Shown: one piece after another, positions 1-13,489 of the stretch
Position numbering within the stretch: position 1 is the stretch's first letter
How the letters are laid out: each line of letters opens with the position of its first letter
Assembly: GCA_028534125.1 (NCBI GenBank)
Contig: CM052818.1
Coordinates: 46,998,001 to 47,062,000 of the forward strand
Length of the DNA: 64,000 nucleotides
Direction of reading: 5' to 3'
From: Lama glama
Lineage: Eukaryota
The notes under the pieces: generated by a model
What the model was told of the DNA's origin: nothing
The model's database searches: none
The model's input: only the letters and a program-made list of their open reading frames with translations
Program-made: the position numbers and the translations under genes

Positions 1-160
1 ACAGGATGCCCGGTTCAACTTAAATTTCATATGAACCATCATAATTATTAGTATAGGTATGACTCAAATACTGCATGGGGCACACTCATCCAAAAACAAC
101 TGTTATTTGTCGGAAATCTGAGTTGAACTGGGGGTTCTGCATTTTTCCTGACAACCATAG
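1..160. mobile_element. MER53-like palindromic DNA transposon (MITE), cut by window start
   Basis: ACAGGATGCCCGGTTCAACTTAAATTTCA...GAAATCTGAGTTGAACTGGGGGTTCTGCATTTT...CTGACAACCATA; the arms are imperfect inverted repeats resembling the recalled MER53 consensus; similar copy at 39863. Confidence 0.8.
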
Positions 161-952
161 CCTGGAATCACTTCTACTATGCCCTGTTTGTCAAAGGAGT
201 CACAGACCAGCCGAGACCCGGGAGAGAGACAGAAAGGACCCACCTCTCCATGAGAAAAGTGGCAATGGGTGTGTGTCCCTCCTTTCATCGCCACTGCAGT
301 CCTCCTGGGTTTTGCTCGCCCGCTGGGGCTGCCAGTGTGATGCTCTCCACACCTTTCTGATGTGGACCAAGGTGCTTGGTGACGCCATTTGCCTGAAATC
401 CCAACAGCCGTGGTCCAGCAGGCAGCACGACACACAGTGGAAGAGTCAGACAGACTGCGGGGGAGTCCCGTGTGCCTGAGGCAAGGGCCTTTATCTGTCT
501 GAGCCTTGATTTCCCTCATGTGTGACATGGCTGGGGGTCACCATGTCCCATGGGCTGCAGTAAGGACTAAACGAGGTAATGGACGTAAGTGGGGGTAAAG
601 GGATGTAAATAAAGCACCACCTCCATCACTGGGAGCCGCTCCTGCCCTTATCCTTACTGTGCACGTGGAGGGGACACGGAATAAGAGGACCCGGCCTAGT
701 GGCCGTGACCTTTGTGAGTTGAGCCAACTGCTTCCTGACGTACTTGGCTTTGGCCTCAGGAGGTCACTTCCATGAAGTACTGGTTCCTTTTAATGCAGAA
801 AATATCTAGTCTTTGAGTGGGTTGAGCACAAACACGAATACAGCTCTTACCCCTTTTCATCAAAGCATCCCATCAGGCAAGACGTAAATATTTCACTATT
901 TTAAAATCGGACTCAGAGGACATGGGTTTTCTTCGGCCCCACCCAAGCTGCT

Positions 953-1100
953 GCTTCTCCTTCTTCGGCTTCTGCTTCTTTTGGAAGCGGAGGTAATTAG
1001 GTTCATTTGCTTATTTATGTCAACAGGGGTACTGGGGACTGAACGCAGGACCTCATGCACGCTAAGCGTGCACGCTACCACCGAGCTCTACCCTCTCCCC
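953..1100 (-). mobile_element. tRNA-derived SINE (camelid vic-1-like)
   Basis: Minus strand reads GGGGAGAGGGTAGAGCTCGGTGG (A box)...GGTCCTGCGTTCAGTCCCCAG (B box-like)...AACCTAATTACCTC plus a purine-rich tail; TSD AAGCTGCT at 945-952 and 1101-1108. Confidence 0.88.
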
Positions 1101-2049
1101 AAGCTGCTTAAAGTCTCCTGAATTGCTATAAATATTGAAAAATTTATCATTTTAACATTTCAATGTTTTTGAATGATTTTGCCCTGTCCCTCCCACTGCT
1201 GCCATCTAAGTAGAAATGTTAAAGGCCATTTCTGGGCACAAAAGTGCATCTCCACGTGGCAGCTTTGGTCCCCACCTCGGAGCTCACGTAGCCACCCCAG
1301 ACATGACTGTTCTCGCTCTGCTCTTCTCTGGAGCTCAGTGTTCGCATCCCCGAGTGGAGACATGGATAGGACAGAGTTATTTGTCGTCTAAACATGGATC
1401 GAATTAACAGGCAAACTATTTGACAAAACGCATTTTGAAAAAATAAAAGCGAGTTTCAGGGCCTGTCACAGCCAATAAATTCACTTAGATGAAAAGCCCT
1501 ATGTGTAATAAGAATGTCACATTGAAGAAATTAAACGATCTTGTCACTTGTAGCAAGAAGTAATAGAATTTTTAAAGGGAGTGAGCTCAGATGAAGCTGG
1601 TGAGCCACGGTGGCCTTTCACATTTGCAATATTCCTAAGATAATTATTAATTAACACACCAGCAACGATTTTAATGTAACATTATGGTACAGATTTAAAC
1701 ACCCAAATGGAAAATGCTTCTTATTAAGGGTTCTCATCCTTTCTCAAAATTAAAATGCTAAACTAATTAAAACCAAAGGTACTTTAAAAAACAGTTTGCT
1801 TCCAAACAGATTTTTAATATATGCCAAGCCAAGTATGAGCCCAGAGCTGTTTTTTTTTTTTTTTTTGCGATGGAATCAGAAATCTATTAAAAATGGAATT
1901 TCTGATAGATGTCCTAACAGCCTCCCCTACCTCCTGGGTGGCAATAATGCCACTTAAGGCAGAGTTTGGCACCGGGTTGCATATTTCCTAAAAGCATTAG
2001 TCAGCATTTTCTAAAAGGTAAATCTACTTTGCTGAAGACATTTCTGGGA

Positions 2050-2530
2050 GCTTCCATTGCCCCTTGTGTGAAATTCAGCTCCCTTGCTTTGACCTAGAAA
2101 GCTCTGCGTGATCTGGCCTCTACCTGTGTTTTCTGCCCCATCTCATTTTCTGTTGTTATTCTTGGATTTCAGCCGTCTCAACCGTCTTTGACTTTTTTTT
2201 GGAACATGCCAACCTTGTGCTTGCCCCAAAGATTTTATATCTTCGATTCTTTCTAGAATCTTCTTTCCCCAAACATCTCACAGCCCCTCCTTTCTCACCG
2301 TCCTGGTTTGAACATCTTGCCGAGATGATTCTAGTCTAGCCTGTCACCCTGTGCTACCCACTTCGGGGTACTTATCACGCACGATGGTGACTTAATGTCT
2401 GTTCCTTCTTTAGCATCTGTCTCTTTCAACTAGAGCCCACGCTCCAGGAAAGCCAGGTCCTCTTCTGCCTTGTTCAGATCTGGCTCCTGGGCACCTGTAA
2501 CAGAGCCTGGACTGAAGGAAGCCTTTTGTG
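2050..2530 (+). mobile_element. L2 LINE 3' region remnant
   Basis: L2-like motifs GATCTGGCCTCTACC, GAACATGCCAACCTTG, CTAGAGCCCACGCTCCAGGAAAGCCAGG, TAACAGAGCCTGG. Confidence 0.7.
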
Positions 2531-5500
2531 CCATCCATAAATTACAGCAGGAAATGACTAGCTAACAGCTGGCCGGGGAAGTCGCATCGGTTTTTGAAGA
2601 ACTTGCCTGTGTCTCATGGTGAGACCTTGAAGAAACGCAGATAAAAGCGTGTGGGCAGGAAGTGGGAAACATGTATTAATACACTCGGCTAATCTCTGAA
2701 TCAAAGAGAAAGAAAAAAGAACAGTGACATTGAAATGAAAAGGCTGATAGCAGTGAGGGGCCTGGATCTCAATGTTAAGAAATGGAAGCTCTTGATTTTT
2801 GATGTTTTTTTCGATCTGAGCCTCTCTCTTTTTTTTAAAGCCCTGATTATTTTTTTTTTCCTTTCTAGGTTTGGAAGCGTTCACGGGATGCTCGTCAGAT
2901 GTTTATCTGGGAGGCCCAATTTTCTTTCTCTTCTTTTTCTTCGTAGCTGGTGTTGATTCACACTGATCCACAACTGTGAATAAAAGGCTTGTTTACAACA
3001 CGACAAGATTGCCCTACTTTGCCCTGCGTCTCTCTTCTTCTGTGTGAAAAGTCACTCTCCCCTTCCCCATCACCTCTGCTCCATCTCCCTTTCTGACCTG
3101 GCGGCAGCTGGTCCCCAGAGATGTCTCTGACCACGTGTTAATGGACCTTCCCGTTCCGTGGAAACTGGCTGGTGTTCTGCAGGGATATTCTTCAGGAGAC
3201 CTTCTGTCTTAGAAGTTCTGGTGGAATGATCATTTTTTTTTTCCCCATAATTTAGGGTTGTGTGAGTGCCTTTTTTCCTGCTCTTTCTGAACTACACTCC
3301 CTCACATGCCCTGAAGCCCTGCATTTGTTGCTAATTTATCAGGAAGGTCTGAATCAGGAAGCCTCAGATTTGGCTGTCGCCATGTTAGAGACGGGCCTGA
3401 CATGCTGAAGGTCCCTCTACCTGGTGCCTGGTAATGGTGAGTATAAATCAAATAGCTAACGGAGAAAGAAAACTTAGCACAGCAATGATCACTTTCTCCT
3501 TGGTCTACAAGATTAATATGGCTCTAATGTGATCTAGAGCAATCAATTTTAAATCAGAGACCATCTATATCCATGTATGTACAGACAATAGATGCAACAC
3601 ACGTACTAAGCAGGCAATTCAACAAACACGTGTGGAACGTCTCCGGGTCCCAGGTCACGTGGATGAGTCAGCAGTGTCCCCAGCCCAGAGGCTGCCCCCT
3701 CTGGGCAAGAACACACATTTGTCAGGAGATACTCATCACTTCGTTATGGTTCTGACCGTTAAAAAATATAGTTTCTGATTTCAGAACGTTGAGCAAGCAC
3801 TCTGTGTTCACAATTTAGAAGAAAATTTTTGTCAGGAGGAAAAACCACCAGGCCAATAGGTTAGAGTAGAATGGTGACTGTCTAAGAAGCCAGAGCCAGG
3901 AGTCACCAGCCCGTCAGTGAGCACAGGGAAAGACATGGTCCATTGTAGGAAATGAGCATCAGCCAGGTGAGAGAGCCTGGCCTTTGGAATTAGGAAGGGC
4001 CATGTTGGAGTCCCTCCCCAACCTCTGCTAGCTCTTCCCCCCTCGTTAGGTTAGTCCCGCCAGCTCTCACGATGGCTCCTGCCAACTGGAGGCGGCACCA
4101 TCCTTGTACTCGTAAGGGAATGATGGGAGGTCGCTCAGGTAAAAGGTAGCAGGGCGCCCTGCCCTTTGCTCAGGCTGTGGAACCATCACAAACAACCACA
4201 GTTACTTTCCGCGGGGTCCGGTTTGTTTCCAAGCGTGCACGTGCACCGCCAGCCTTCGGAGGCGCGTCGGCGCTGTGCCGGGTCCCAGCCTTCCTCCCGC
4301 ACCCCCGCGAACATCCTTCCCCTGCAGCTCGGTGACCATCTGACCTCTTGGAAGCTTGGGTTAGCGTTGAACCTTTTGGTCTCAATTCCTAGTGACAGTG
4401 TCTGCACAGTTTAAATTTCTACTTGGTAAGTATGACAACCCTCATAAAAAAACCCTTGGGAATTCCGATTTTTAAGAGTGCAAAGAGGTCCTGAGACCAG
4501 AAAGTTTTAACTGTTGATCTGTTAGATCAAGTTTAAGCCCAGCTGGCTACGTGGAGTAGGAATTCTTCCTTCTCCTTCATTTCTTGACTAATTTAACAAG
4601 GCTAAGTGGAAATCCACTTTGTGCAATTATTTAACTGTATTCAGGGGACAAGGCAAAGCCTTCAGCAGCTACCTGTGAGTTGGTGTGGACGGTCCTCTGT
4701 CCCTTAGGAGACTGATGGCTAACGATGCCACTTCACTTTGCAGGGTGGCGTTCAGCTCACAAAGCAGGTCGACGACTCCTCCGTCTTTCCGGGGAGGGTG
4801 CATGGCAGTTGAGGTGGTGACATGGGTGACACACATGAGAGTAACTGCTGTTTCTGCTTTTCTACTTGTGAGGCTCCTTCGTGGTGGCCCTAGGTTAGCA
4901 GGTCCTTGCACAGAACACCCAGGGGCTGCAGCCCTGCGAGGCTGACCACTGACCACACTCCCAGCAGATAACCATCTCCTGCCCCCTCTGCCTGGAACTA
5001 AAACTGTGAGCTCTGAACACCTTTGGGTTCTGCGGTCTTAGGCTGGTAACTGCCTTTCTACACTGTGCTCCTCTGTGAAACCAAGTCTTCCCATGGTGGA
5101 CTTTCAAAATAATTGCTTTCCGAGACTGAGTTCTCCTCTTGGCGGGTTCGAGAGGTGGTATGTGCTGTCAGAAAACTTCTCTTTTTACCCCTGGCTGGTG
5201 TGGTAACCTCTTTCGTTCTCATGTTGAATGCATGACCCAGTTTTCTTTCCTTTAACTTGGTAGCAAAGGGGAACAGGAACAAAAGAGCATTTTCAATCAT
5301 TTTATGAAGAAATTCAGGTCTGATGGAAACTTCCTGTTGGTTTAGCCCATGGGAAATTTCGTCTTCTGTTGGGTTTGTGCTGGATTTTCCAAATAACTTG
5401 CAGGGTTTTAGTGTTCGCTTCTCTATTCAATAAGTGACATCATTTTTTTTAACCCAGAATAGTTGTATGAAAGGACAGGACACAGAAACAGGTATGTTCT

Positions 5501-5739
5501 TGGAACCAGTTTTTACCTTCCTTCCCACTACAGGATCTTTTTTAGGGAGAATTCTTGTCTGATACATGTATTATTATATTGACTGTATCATTAGAGTAAT
5601 ACACATCCCTTCCCATTCTCAGTAAAAAATAATAATAATAATTTGCATTAAGGGTTTGGCAGTTTGCACTTACATCTGTCTTAGAAACTTTTAGTTTCAT
5701 TTTAATTTGAAACCAGTACCAAAAATATAGCAGACCTTT

Positions 5740-5930
5740 TAGTGCCTCCTCCAGGCTACCCTTGCTTAAAGCACTTGCCTGATATCAATTCATTCAATCC
5801 TCATCGAAACCCTGTGAAGTTGAGTTTATTTGCCTCCATTTTACAGATGCGAAAACTGAGGCATGAGAGGTTGGACGACTTGCCAAGGTCATTCAGCTGG
5901 TGCTGGGGTGGGGCAGGGTTTCATTCTGTT
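5740..5930 (-). mobile_element. MIR SINE
   Basis: MIR core CCATTTTACAGATGCGAAAACTGAGGCATGAGAGGTTGGACGACTTGCCAAGGTCA. Confidence 0.85.
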
Positions 5931-6450
5931 GTCTACACCCCGGGCCCACCATCATAACCATAAAGCTCTTCAAAGGATCAGTTTGTGGATTATGTATCAC
6001 CTAGTAGATGGCTGAGCAGCTGTTGTATCGTGAGGATGGTGGGTCACCCAGAGGACAGTGGGTCACCTAGTAGATCAGGGCTCACCCGCGAACGGGGCCT
6101 GGAGGCGGAGGTCAAACGCACACTGGGAGCCTCCAGCCTCCAGGCCAGGATAGTTACTTATTTCCAAGCTCTTTCCCCATCACGTGTACTGGGCCCCTCC
6201 CCTCCTAGAATTGCTGGAACAGCGAGGGTTCCCCCACGATGCGCTGGATGGAGACAAGAAGAGGAGGAAAGGTCTCCAGGGGAAGAAAGCTGGGGTGCGG
6301 GGCTCCCGCCGCCCCGCGCGGCGTCCTCTGAACAGAGAGCGCGCAGGCCCTGCCGATCACTGCTTCTGGAGGAGCACTGGCCCAGAGAGCCCAGGGGGCG
6401 GGGGACCGGCTCTGACCACTGGGCTTCGTTTTAGGGGCTGGAGGTGGGAT

Positions 6451-6536
6451 CTTCCCTTCCCTTCCCTCCCCTCCCCTCCCCTCCCCTCCCCTCCCCTCCC
6501 CTTCCCTTCCCTTCCCTTCCCTTCCCTTCCCTCCTC
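6451..6536. repeat. (CCCTT)/(CCCCT)n pure pyrimidine simple repeat
   Basis: Directly visible pentamer array. Confidence 0.95.
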
Positions 6537-9500
6537 AGGTCCCCTAACAGTAGAAAAAAAAGAGCACCGCCACTGGGGAACATGTGACATTTTTGTTCTG
6601 TAAAACATTACACATTTAAAGGGCGCAATGAATGTCTTTCGCTGTGTAAACCAGAGCCAAGGCCTGGATGGGGGGCACCGTCCGAAGGCCCCGGGGCTGG
6701 GGGGGGCCTGCGTAGCTGGGGCCGCCTCTTCCGGTGAAGTCCTCCTGTCTGCACAGATGTTCCGGGTCTGAAGCTCGCGGTTTGTAGCTCGATATGCTCT
6801 TGATGCATCATTTATGGGGCCCCCTGATTCCAGGGCTCGTGACGGCCCGCCGGTCTGCTAGCCAAGAGCCTCAGCTGTCTGGGGCGTTTATGACAACGGT
6901 GTTGCCACGGCCAAGCGGGCTTTGCTCTGTCACCCAGAGGTTTGCCTCTTCTCATTCGCCGCTGGGTTTATCTCAGTGCATTGTGCTCACTTCTTCTGGA
7001 TTGGGGACCCTGGTTCCGGTGCAGAAGGGCGACCCCGAGCTGTTCTGAATCCCAGTACTGAGCTGCTAGGACCAGGGTGCCATGGAAATCGTACTGGCTG
7101 TGGATGCTCCGTTGTAAGTCAGGTACCATGTCACGCGCTTTTCCTAATGATTTCATGTAATCTGCACCACAGCCTCCGAAGGGTACAGAACTCTCCTCAT
7201 TTCTACACATGAGGGAATCGAGGTCGAGCCACGTCAAGCTAGTGTTTAATTGACAGAGTGAGGATTCACAGAAGCCCACCCCTGGTGGTGGCACAGGGCA
7301 CCATCTGGGTCCTGCCCAACGCTCGGAGGCCAGAGCGAGGACCAGCACACTCTAGACGGCTCTCAGCACCCTGGGGTGCTGGTGCATGAATGAGAACTGG
7401 GAACTTGCCGGCAGATTATCAGGACTGAAGTCAAGCTGGAATGTGGGCAGAAGTTCACCTATCTGACCCGCAGCTCTTGGGTTTTCTGGTAATTCTGCAT
7501 CTGAATCCTTGGCTGGCCGGTGCGGGAGGGGCAGGCCCGCCAGCAACTCATCCCAGGCCTGTAGCAGGTGCTCAGAAATATTTCTTCAACAAACAAGTTA
7601 ATGAAAAGCAAGACTGGCTGCTGCTGGCTTCTCTCCCAGGCCTGGTGAAAAGTCCTGGGCAATGTGGGGGTGGCCAGGGGCGGGGGGCCCTGGAGGGGCA
7701 GGGGAGGGGAGCCCGGGAGGATGCTGCCTCTGGCCACCAGGCGCACGTCACTGCTTCCGGTTCCCTGTCACCTCACTCACCCGCCTCTGTGCTCTGTGTT
7801 CAGTCCAAGCATCCATTTTCAGACAGAAGAGCCCTTGAGCAAATGACTCAGAGGAAAGGCTGAGAGAGAACTGGGAGTGAGGATGCGGGAACACGTTCAG
7901 TCCTCATGGGTCAGTCCTTGAAAGAGGAGGACAGGGGATGTCTGGGCTGCCTTCGGCAAACAGGTGTTTATTTCCCTTGGATGCTGGAGAGGGGACTCAT
8001 TGTGGCAGCTTTTGGCTTGTTTGAGATGCTAGTGACCACAGTGGAAGCGCTCTCTCTTTTTAGGAAGAGAGTAAGTTTCAGGAGCCCGGCGGATCCCCTG
8101 GACCTGTCTGGACCCATCTGGCTTTAGGAGCTTCTCATCAGAGGGAAGACAAGTGACCTTCCCCAGGGGCCGGGTGAAATGAACAGCAGCAAGACCCCAA
8201 GGACATCAGGATGTTGCTGTCTTTTTACAATTTGTATCAGTTAATGAAATGGTGGTTTTCAGCATGAAAAAGTGATCCCAAGAGTGTCATTACTTTCTGT
8301 CAACTCCTTTTATCCCTTTGACTGAACTAAAGTTTACTTGGAAAAGAGTTCTTCCCCCAAAACATAAAACCCATGAAAAGTCACCCAAAGGTCCCTTTCG
8401 TGGGACCACATGAGGCGGGACAAGTCCACTCCCTCACTTCCCTTTTGGGGTCACGGAAAAGCTGCACATCTTTATCGAATTTCTTCAAGTTCTTGCAGAC
8501 ACCTGCCTGGGACCCCTGCGGAAATGACCCCAGAGCCCTGCCGTTCCTGCCCCTACCGCTGCTCAGAGATGTGTCAGTGTGGTACCTAGACTCTTCTCTG
8601 CTGGGCAAGGGACTGGGGCTCAGATGGGCTGACTTACCCAAACCACAGAGCCCGTCCAGGGTTTGGACACGGGACTTCCCAGAGCCACCCCACAAGGCCG
8701 GGTCCGTCCTTTGCCTACCTAGGTCATTAGCTTTTCAGCGTCAAGCAGCAGTCACTCAGCAGAGCCCCCGACCCCGGCCCTGACCTGGGCGCTGGTGCAT
8801 GGATGGCACAGGGGCTGCCCCGGCCTGGGGTGCTTGCGGGTGGGAGCAGGGCCGTGGCCCTTGCTGGGATGTTGGCTTGGCTGTCCCGTTTGCCTGCCTC
8901 CTCGCATGTAGTCTCTCTGTGGTCAGCAGTGGCTCTGAGGTCCGGCCAGCACCCGGGCCAGCAGGAAGGGCAGTGAGAGCAGCCAGGCTGTGTTAACACA
9001 CCTGTGTTTTCCTCCCAGCTGTCGGCTTCACAACAGGGCTGCTGTTGGCCACTGTGAAACATTTTCACACCACGCACCCAGCCACCCACTCCCCCTCCTC
9101 TGTAACATGTGCTGGCGCTCGCCATCGGGATTGAACCACTTTATTTTATTTATTTTTATTTAAAAAGGGACACCAGAATCTTTACGTCTGGGACGGAGCC
9201 AGCCTGGCCCAGTGTTGAGCGCAGGAATATTCCATCTCCCTTCTGCGCCCAGAATTATTTTTGTTTTCTTCGATACACAACCTAGATACGGCTTCAGCAA
9301 GGAAATCAGTTGATTTTTGAAACCCAAACTCCTTTCCTGTTTATAAGTGTAGGAAAAAAAAATTCCACTGTTGTGGATGGCGGTGCCAGTTTGTCTCTGT
9401 GGGTGGTGCTTGATTCATTTTCTGTCTCATCTGCTGTATGCTCCCAACGTTGCACCGAAGGAAGTAGCCACCGTAGCTTTAAGCCAAGATCAGCGGGTGG

Positions 9501-9689
9501 ATTTTGTTATTAGGACTGATACTAACCCCTGACACAGGAGGGCCTGGGAGTACAAGGCACGTGGTCCTGGCGTCCACCCAGTGTGGTCACTTAGTGGGTG
9601 AGTGGCCGCAGGCGGAGGGTCTGGCCAGCCTCCCCGAGCCTCCTGGGCTTCACTGTAAGGAAGCCACAGGGACCCCAGGGCGTGAGGAT

Positions 9690-9860
9690 GCTCGGTCGCC
9701 GCTGGGTGGCGGAGCTCTTCCTGACACTCAGCTGACTGGCTTCTCGTGTGTCCTCCGCCCCTAGAACGTTGTGTTCACGGCTGTGTGGCGCCGACACCCA
9801 GCAGACACTCAACGCATATTGTTGGATCAATGAATGAATGCGTGAGTAGATGAATGAATG
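9690..9860 (+). mobile_element. L2 3' terminus
   Basis: GCCGACACCCAGCAGACACTCAACGCATATGTTGGATCAATGAATGAATG resembles the L2 3' end with its (TGAA)n tail. Confidence 0.7.
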
Positions 9861-11869
9861 CTCTTTGGGAACACAGCCTTCCTGAAGGGCATTCTTTCCA
9901 TCGGTCACGCCAGGCCAATGCTTCAGGACAGACGCGCAGTGGAGGAAAAGAACTGGCCAGGGGCTAGGAGAATTTTGCACCTGCACACCCTCTGCCTCCT
10001 GCCCAACCATGTCTCGTTCCTGCCCCCACTGATGAATGAGGCAATGCAGGGAGGGTCCGCTGGAGCCAGTGTGGAGGCTCCAATGCACGCATCCCAGCTC
10101 CTCTGCCACCACTCACATGGGAGAGCTGGGCTTCCCTGGGCTCAGGGGTGGGCGTGCCACAGTGCGTTTCCCCGAGAAGGACCGTGGCACCGTCTTCTGG
10201 ACAAGGCAGATAATGGCGACACTTACACCAGAGGATTGCAGAGCAGGTTAAATGAAATCGGGTCAACATCGGCCCATGGTAAGTGCACAGTGAATGTTGA
10301 TTGTCATCTTGAGCTGCTCAGAACAAGCCCACTCTCTGTGACCTGCCAGCTCTTAAAATACTGAATAATTGTTACTATTTCCTGAGTGTCTTCCATCCAC
10401 CCAGATGTTGCCCACACTTTTCCTTTAACTCTTTGGCTTTTTGCAGGAGGACCTGGGCTCTAGGGCAACCAGAGGGCAGATGCCTTGAGCCAAAAGTAGT
10501 GCCTGGGCCTGTCTGAGGTCAAAGCCCGTTTTCTTTCCACCACCTGGGTTTGAAGAATGTTTTCATTCTTCCCTTTCTTCCAAGGACACCTGCCCCTGCT
10601 TCTGACTACGAACCTTCTAGAGCTGACCTTTGAAGTGCAAAGAGGGAAGGACAGATGTCACCCACAGAGGGGAGTTGCCACCAGCAGGGGAGGCAGGGCC
10701 AGGGGCGGGAAACAGCAGAGAAGCAAGCTCATGGCAGGTGTTATCACGTACAGCAGGCCTTCCCTCGTGGGCTAAGCAAGAAGGGAAAACTGACAAACAG
10801 AATTTGGCTTCGTTGGAAGGTGTGAAGAGGATGGCTCTGCTTGGAGACATTTCCACTGAGCACAAGACACGGAAGCCTAGGGGTGGCGGGTGGCTTTCCC
10901 GATGCAGGAGGATGGAGGTGCGTCTCCCCTCTGAGATCACACGTCTGGATGTGTTGGATGGTCCCTGGCAAGTGTGAGCGGCTGAGGGAAGAGGACCTTG
11001 AGAGGGTCCGATGGACGTCCGCTGGCTGGTGTGGTTGAGACCCGCCGGTCACACTCCACCGAGGGTCCTGTCCTTAAACAGTGGAAGCACAACGTTGTTA
11101 TTTTTTTTTTTTGAGCTGATGTGGAAAATGAGTTTTTTCACCACCTCGGCTGTGCGGTCATCTTGAGTGAGGTTGTGGCCTTCATCGTTGGCTCCTCTGG
11201 GGAGAGTGCTGCTTGGGGCCGTCCGGGGCTCAGCGGTGGCAGCCGTCCAGGGGGACGTCTGGACGCCCTGACAGCTGTCGGTGCTGCGACGCCCTGTCAC
11301 AGTTACTGTCCAGGCTGAGCCCGGCCGTGGTCTTCGGTGTAGCACGGATCCGCCCCAGCTCGTCTCTCAGCCTCATGGGACGTGCTTCCCCCGCAGGTAG
11401 AATAACTAATCTCATGTTTTACCTATTTTTCTGATTTTTTTAAAAACTTCATTGGAGTTGCTTGTTTAAATCGCCCTTTCAGTAGCTTACCGAGATTTAT
11501 GCCTCTTACTGAACCAAGAGAACCAAAAGACACTCTCTGGGCAGCTGCGGATGGGGCTTTAAGGACTGTGGGCTGGGATGACAGAATCTGGGGTGATTTT
11601 CAGGTACTACAAAGGGCCTTTAGATTTGCTTCTTAGGGGACACGTGGAAGGTCTTTGTTGGCGTAGACGGCATTACAGATGCGAGGGAAATGCAGATGAA
11701 ATTCCCAGTTGTCATTTCCCAGCTTCCTTTTGGTATTTGTGGATTTTCCAAGTGGGGCCAGCTGGGTTCATCAGCAGACAATGCCTCTTATCATTGCTGA
11801 TCTTCTGTTGAAAGAAGTGTGCTTTTTTTTTTTTTTGAATTAAAAAAAAGTGTGCTTTGGTGCAAAGGA

Positions 11870-12030
11870 GAAATGTTTTGCAAACAGACCTGGATTTGAA
11901 TTTTGGTTCAGATTTTAGTGACAGTGGGACCCTGGGTGAGTGAATTTCTGAGCTTTGATTTCCTCATCTGTAGGAGGTGGTTACTAAAAGAGGCCTCAAA
12001 GTGCTGTACAGATCAGAGGTAATACACAGG
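11870..12030 (+). mobile_element. MIR SINE
   Basis: AGACCTGGATTTGAAT...GACCCTGGGTGAGTGA...TTTCCTCATCTGTA. Confidence 0.7.
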
Positions 12031-13489
12031 GAAAAGGACAGAGCGAGTAGTTTCAATTAGTTTATTTTCACTGAGGCAGAATGACTGGTCAGTGGAGAGT
12101 GAAGACGAAGTCACAAGATCGTGAAAGCAGGCGGCTGCTCTACGAAAGCCAGCTGCATCTGTAATTTTACCTTAGAAGGAAGAGTGAAGGTGTGAATTTG
12201 GGCGGCATCTGTCAGTGATGGATCAAATCACCCTGATGGCAATAAGCAAGATAACATCCCTGCAGGTCCCTGCCCTGAGGGCTGGGTCTTGGTGCAAAGA
12301 GAAGAGGCACCTGATGAAGTCTGAAGGGGACCGTCTCAGTGGCAAGCTGCGTGCTGAGTAGAAGTGACCTCTTAGGGACTCTGGGGGGTACCTGTGTCTC
12401 TTCTTCCTGCATCTTCCAATTCAGAGCTGGGCATCACAGATGAAAGGTACCTGCCGGATCGCTTCTACTAAGCTGATTGTGTAGCTTTCTCAAACTTCTC
12501 CTGGAGTGAGAGCGTGGGGCTGGGAGGAGAGAGCGATGGATGGTCTGGGCTCTTCCCAAATGCATCCCTTCAGCCCTTAGGTTTATGTTTTCTCACATCG
12601 CGGGGGGAGGGCTTGGAAGGGGTGCTGCCTCAGTTCCTTCCTGCTCTGAGGGTCTACTGTCCTTGATCCCAGGATTTAATCCCTTCCCTGACACCCAGTT
12701 TCGAAGTCCTGCTGTCAAAATGCACCCACTCTGTTCTTCATCACTAAGTAATTGCCAAAGGGAGGGAAATTAACGTCAATACACACAAATTTGAAAAATA
12801 CAAATAAATCGGGAGGGAAAATTCATTGATCTTTTTACTAACGATAAGGGATGACTGGTTTCTGTGGGCAAGGTTCAGAAGCTGCTTAATAGCAAACACA
12901 TGTAGCAGTTGATGGATATAAAAAATTTCTGTTTTCCTGTAGGCGGAAGGTAAGAATATCGGCTTCAGAGCTGGAGGTAAGACTCTCATAGTAAGGAAGC
13001 CTGGGGACCTTTAAAAATGTGGTTGAGATATTTCACTCATGAAAATCCTGAAATTTACAGGAAGACTCCCTAATGTTTGCCCTTGGCTTTGATTCCTTTA
13101 TAACAAGTTCACAGACACGATCTTATTTCATTCCTCTGGTGGACTAGGGGTGATCAACCCATTTTATAGAATGTGATTCCCTTGAGTTAAAAAAATGATC
13201 TTGTCTATTTCATTCCTCATTTTGTCTTCAGTGGCTGTCACAGCATCCAGAACATGGAAAGAACTTTGAAAATATATGTTAAGTGAGTACGTGAATGACT
13301 GACTGACTAAATAAATGAGAAACTGATGTGCACACAAAACTAAGTCATGTAGCCAAGATGATTTGGTATCAGTGCCAAGATTTTCATGAAAGAGACACAC
13401 ATTGTGTACTTTTAAGAAATCAAACCTCAGAAAGTTCTGTGATCCTACTGCAAACCATGAATGGTTAAACAGAATACTCTGCCCTTGTG

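Noticed and set aside
12925..12982. 7-nt or 34-nt exon (TTCCTGTAG|GCGGAAG|GTAAGA)
   Set aside because: Both options are frame-shifting and there is no host gene; consistent with chance pseudo-exon signals
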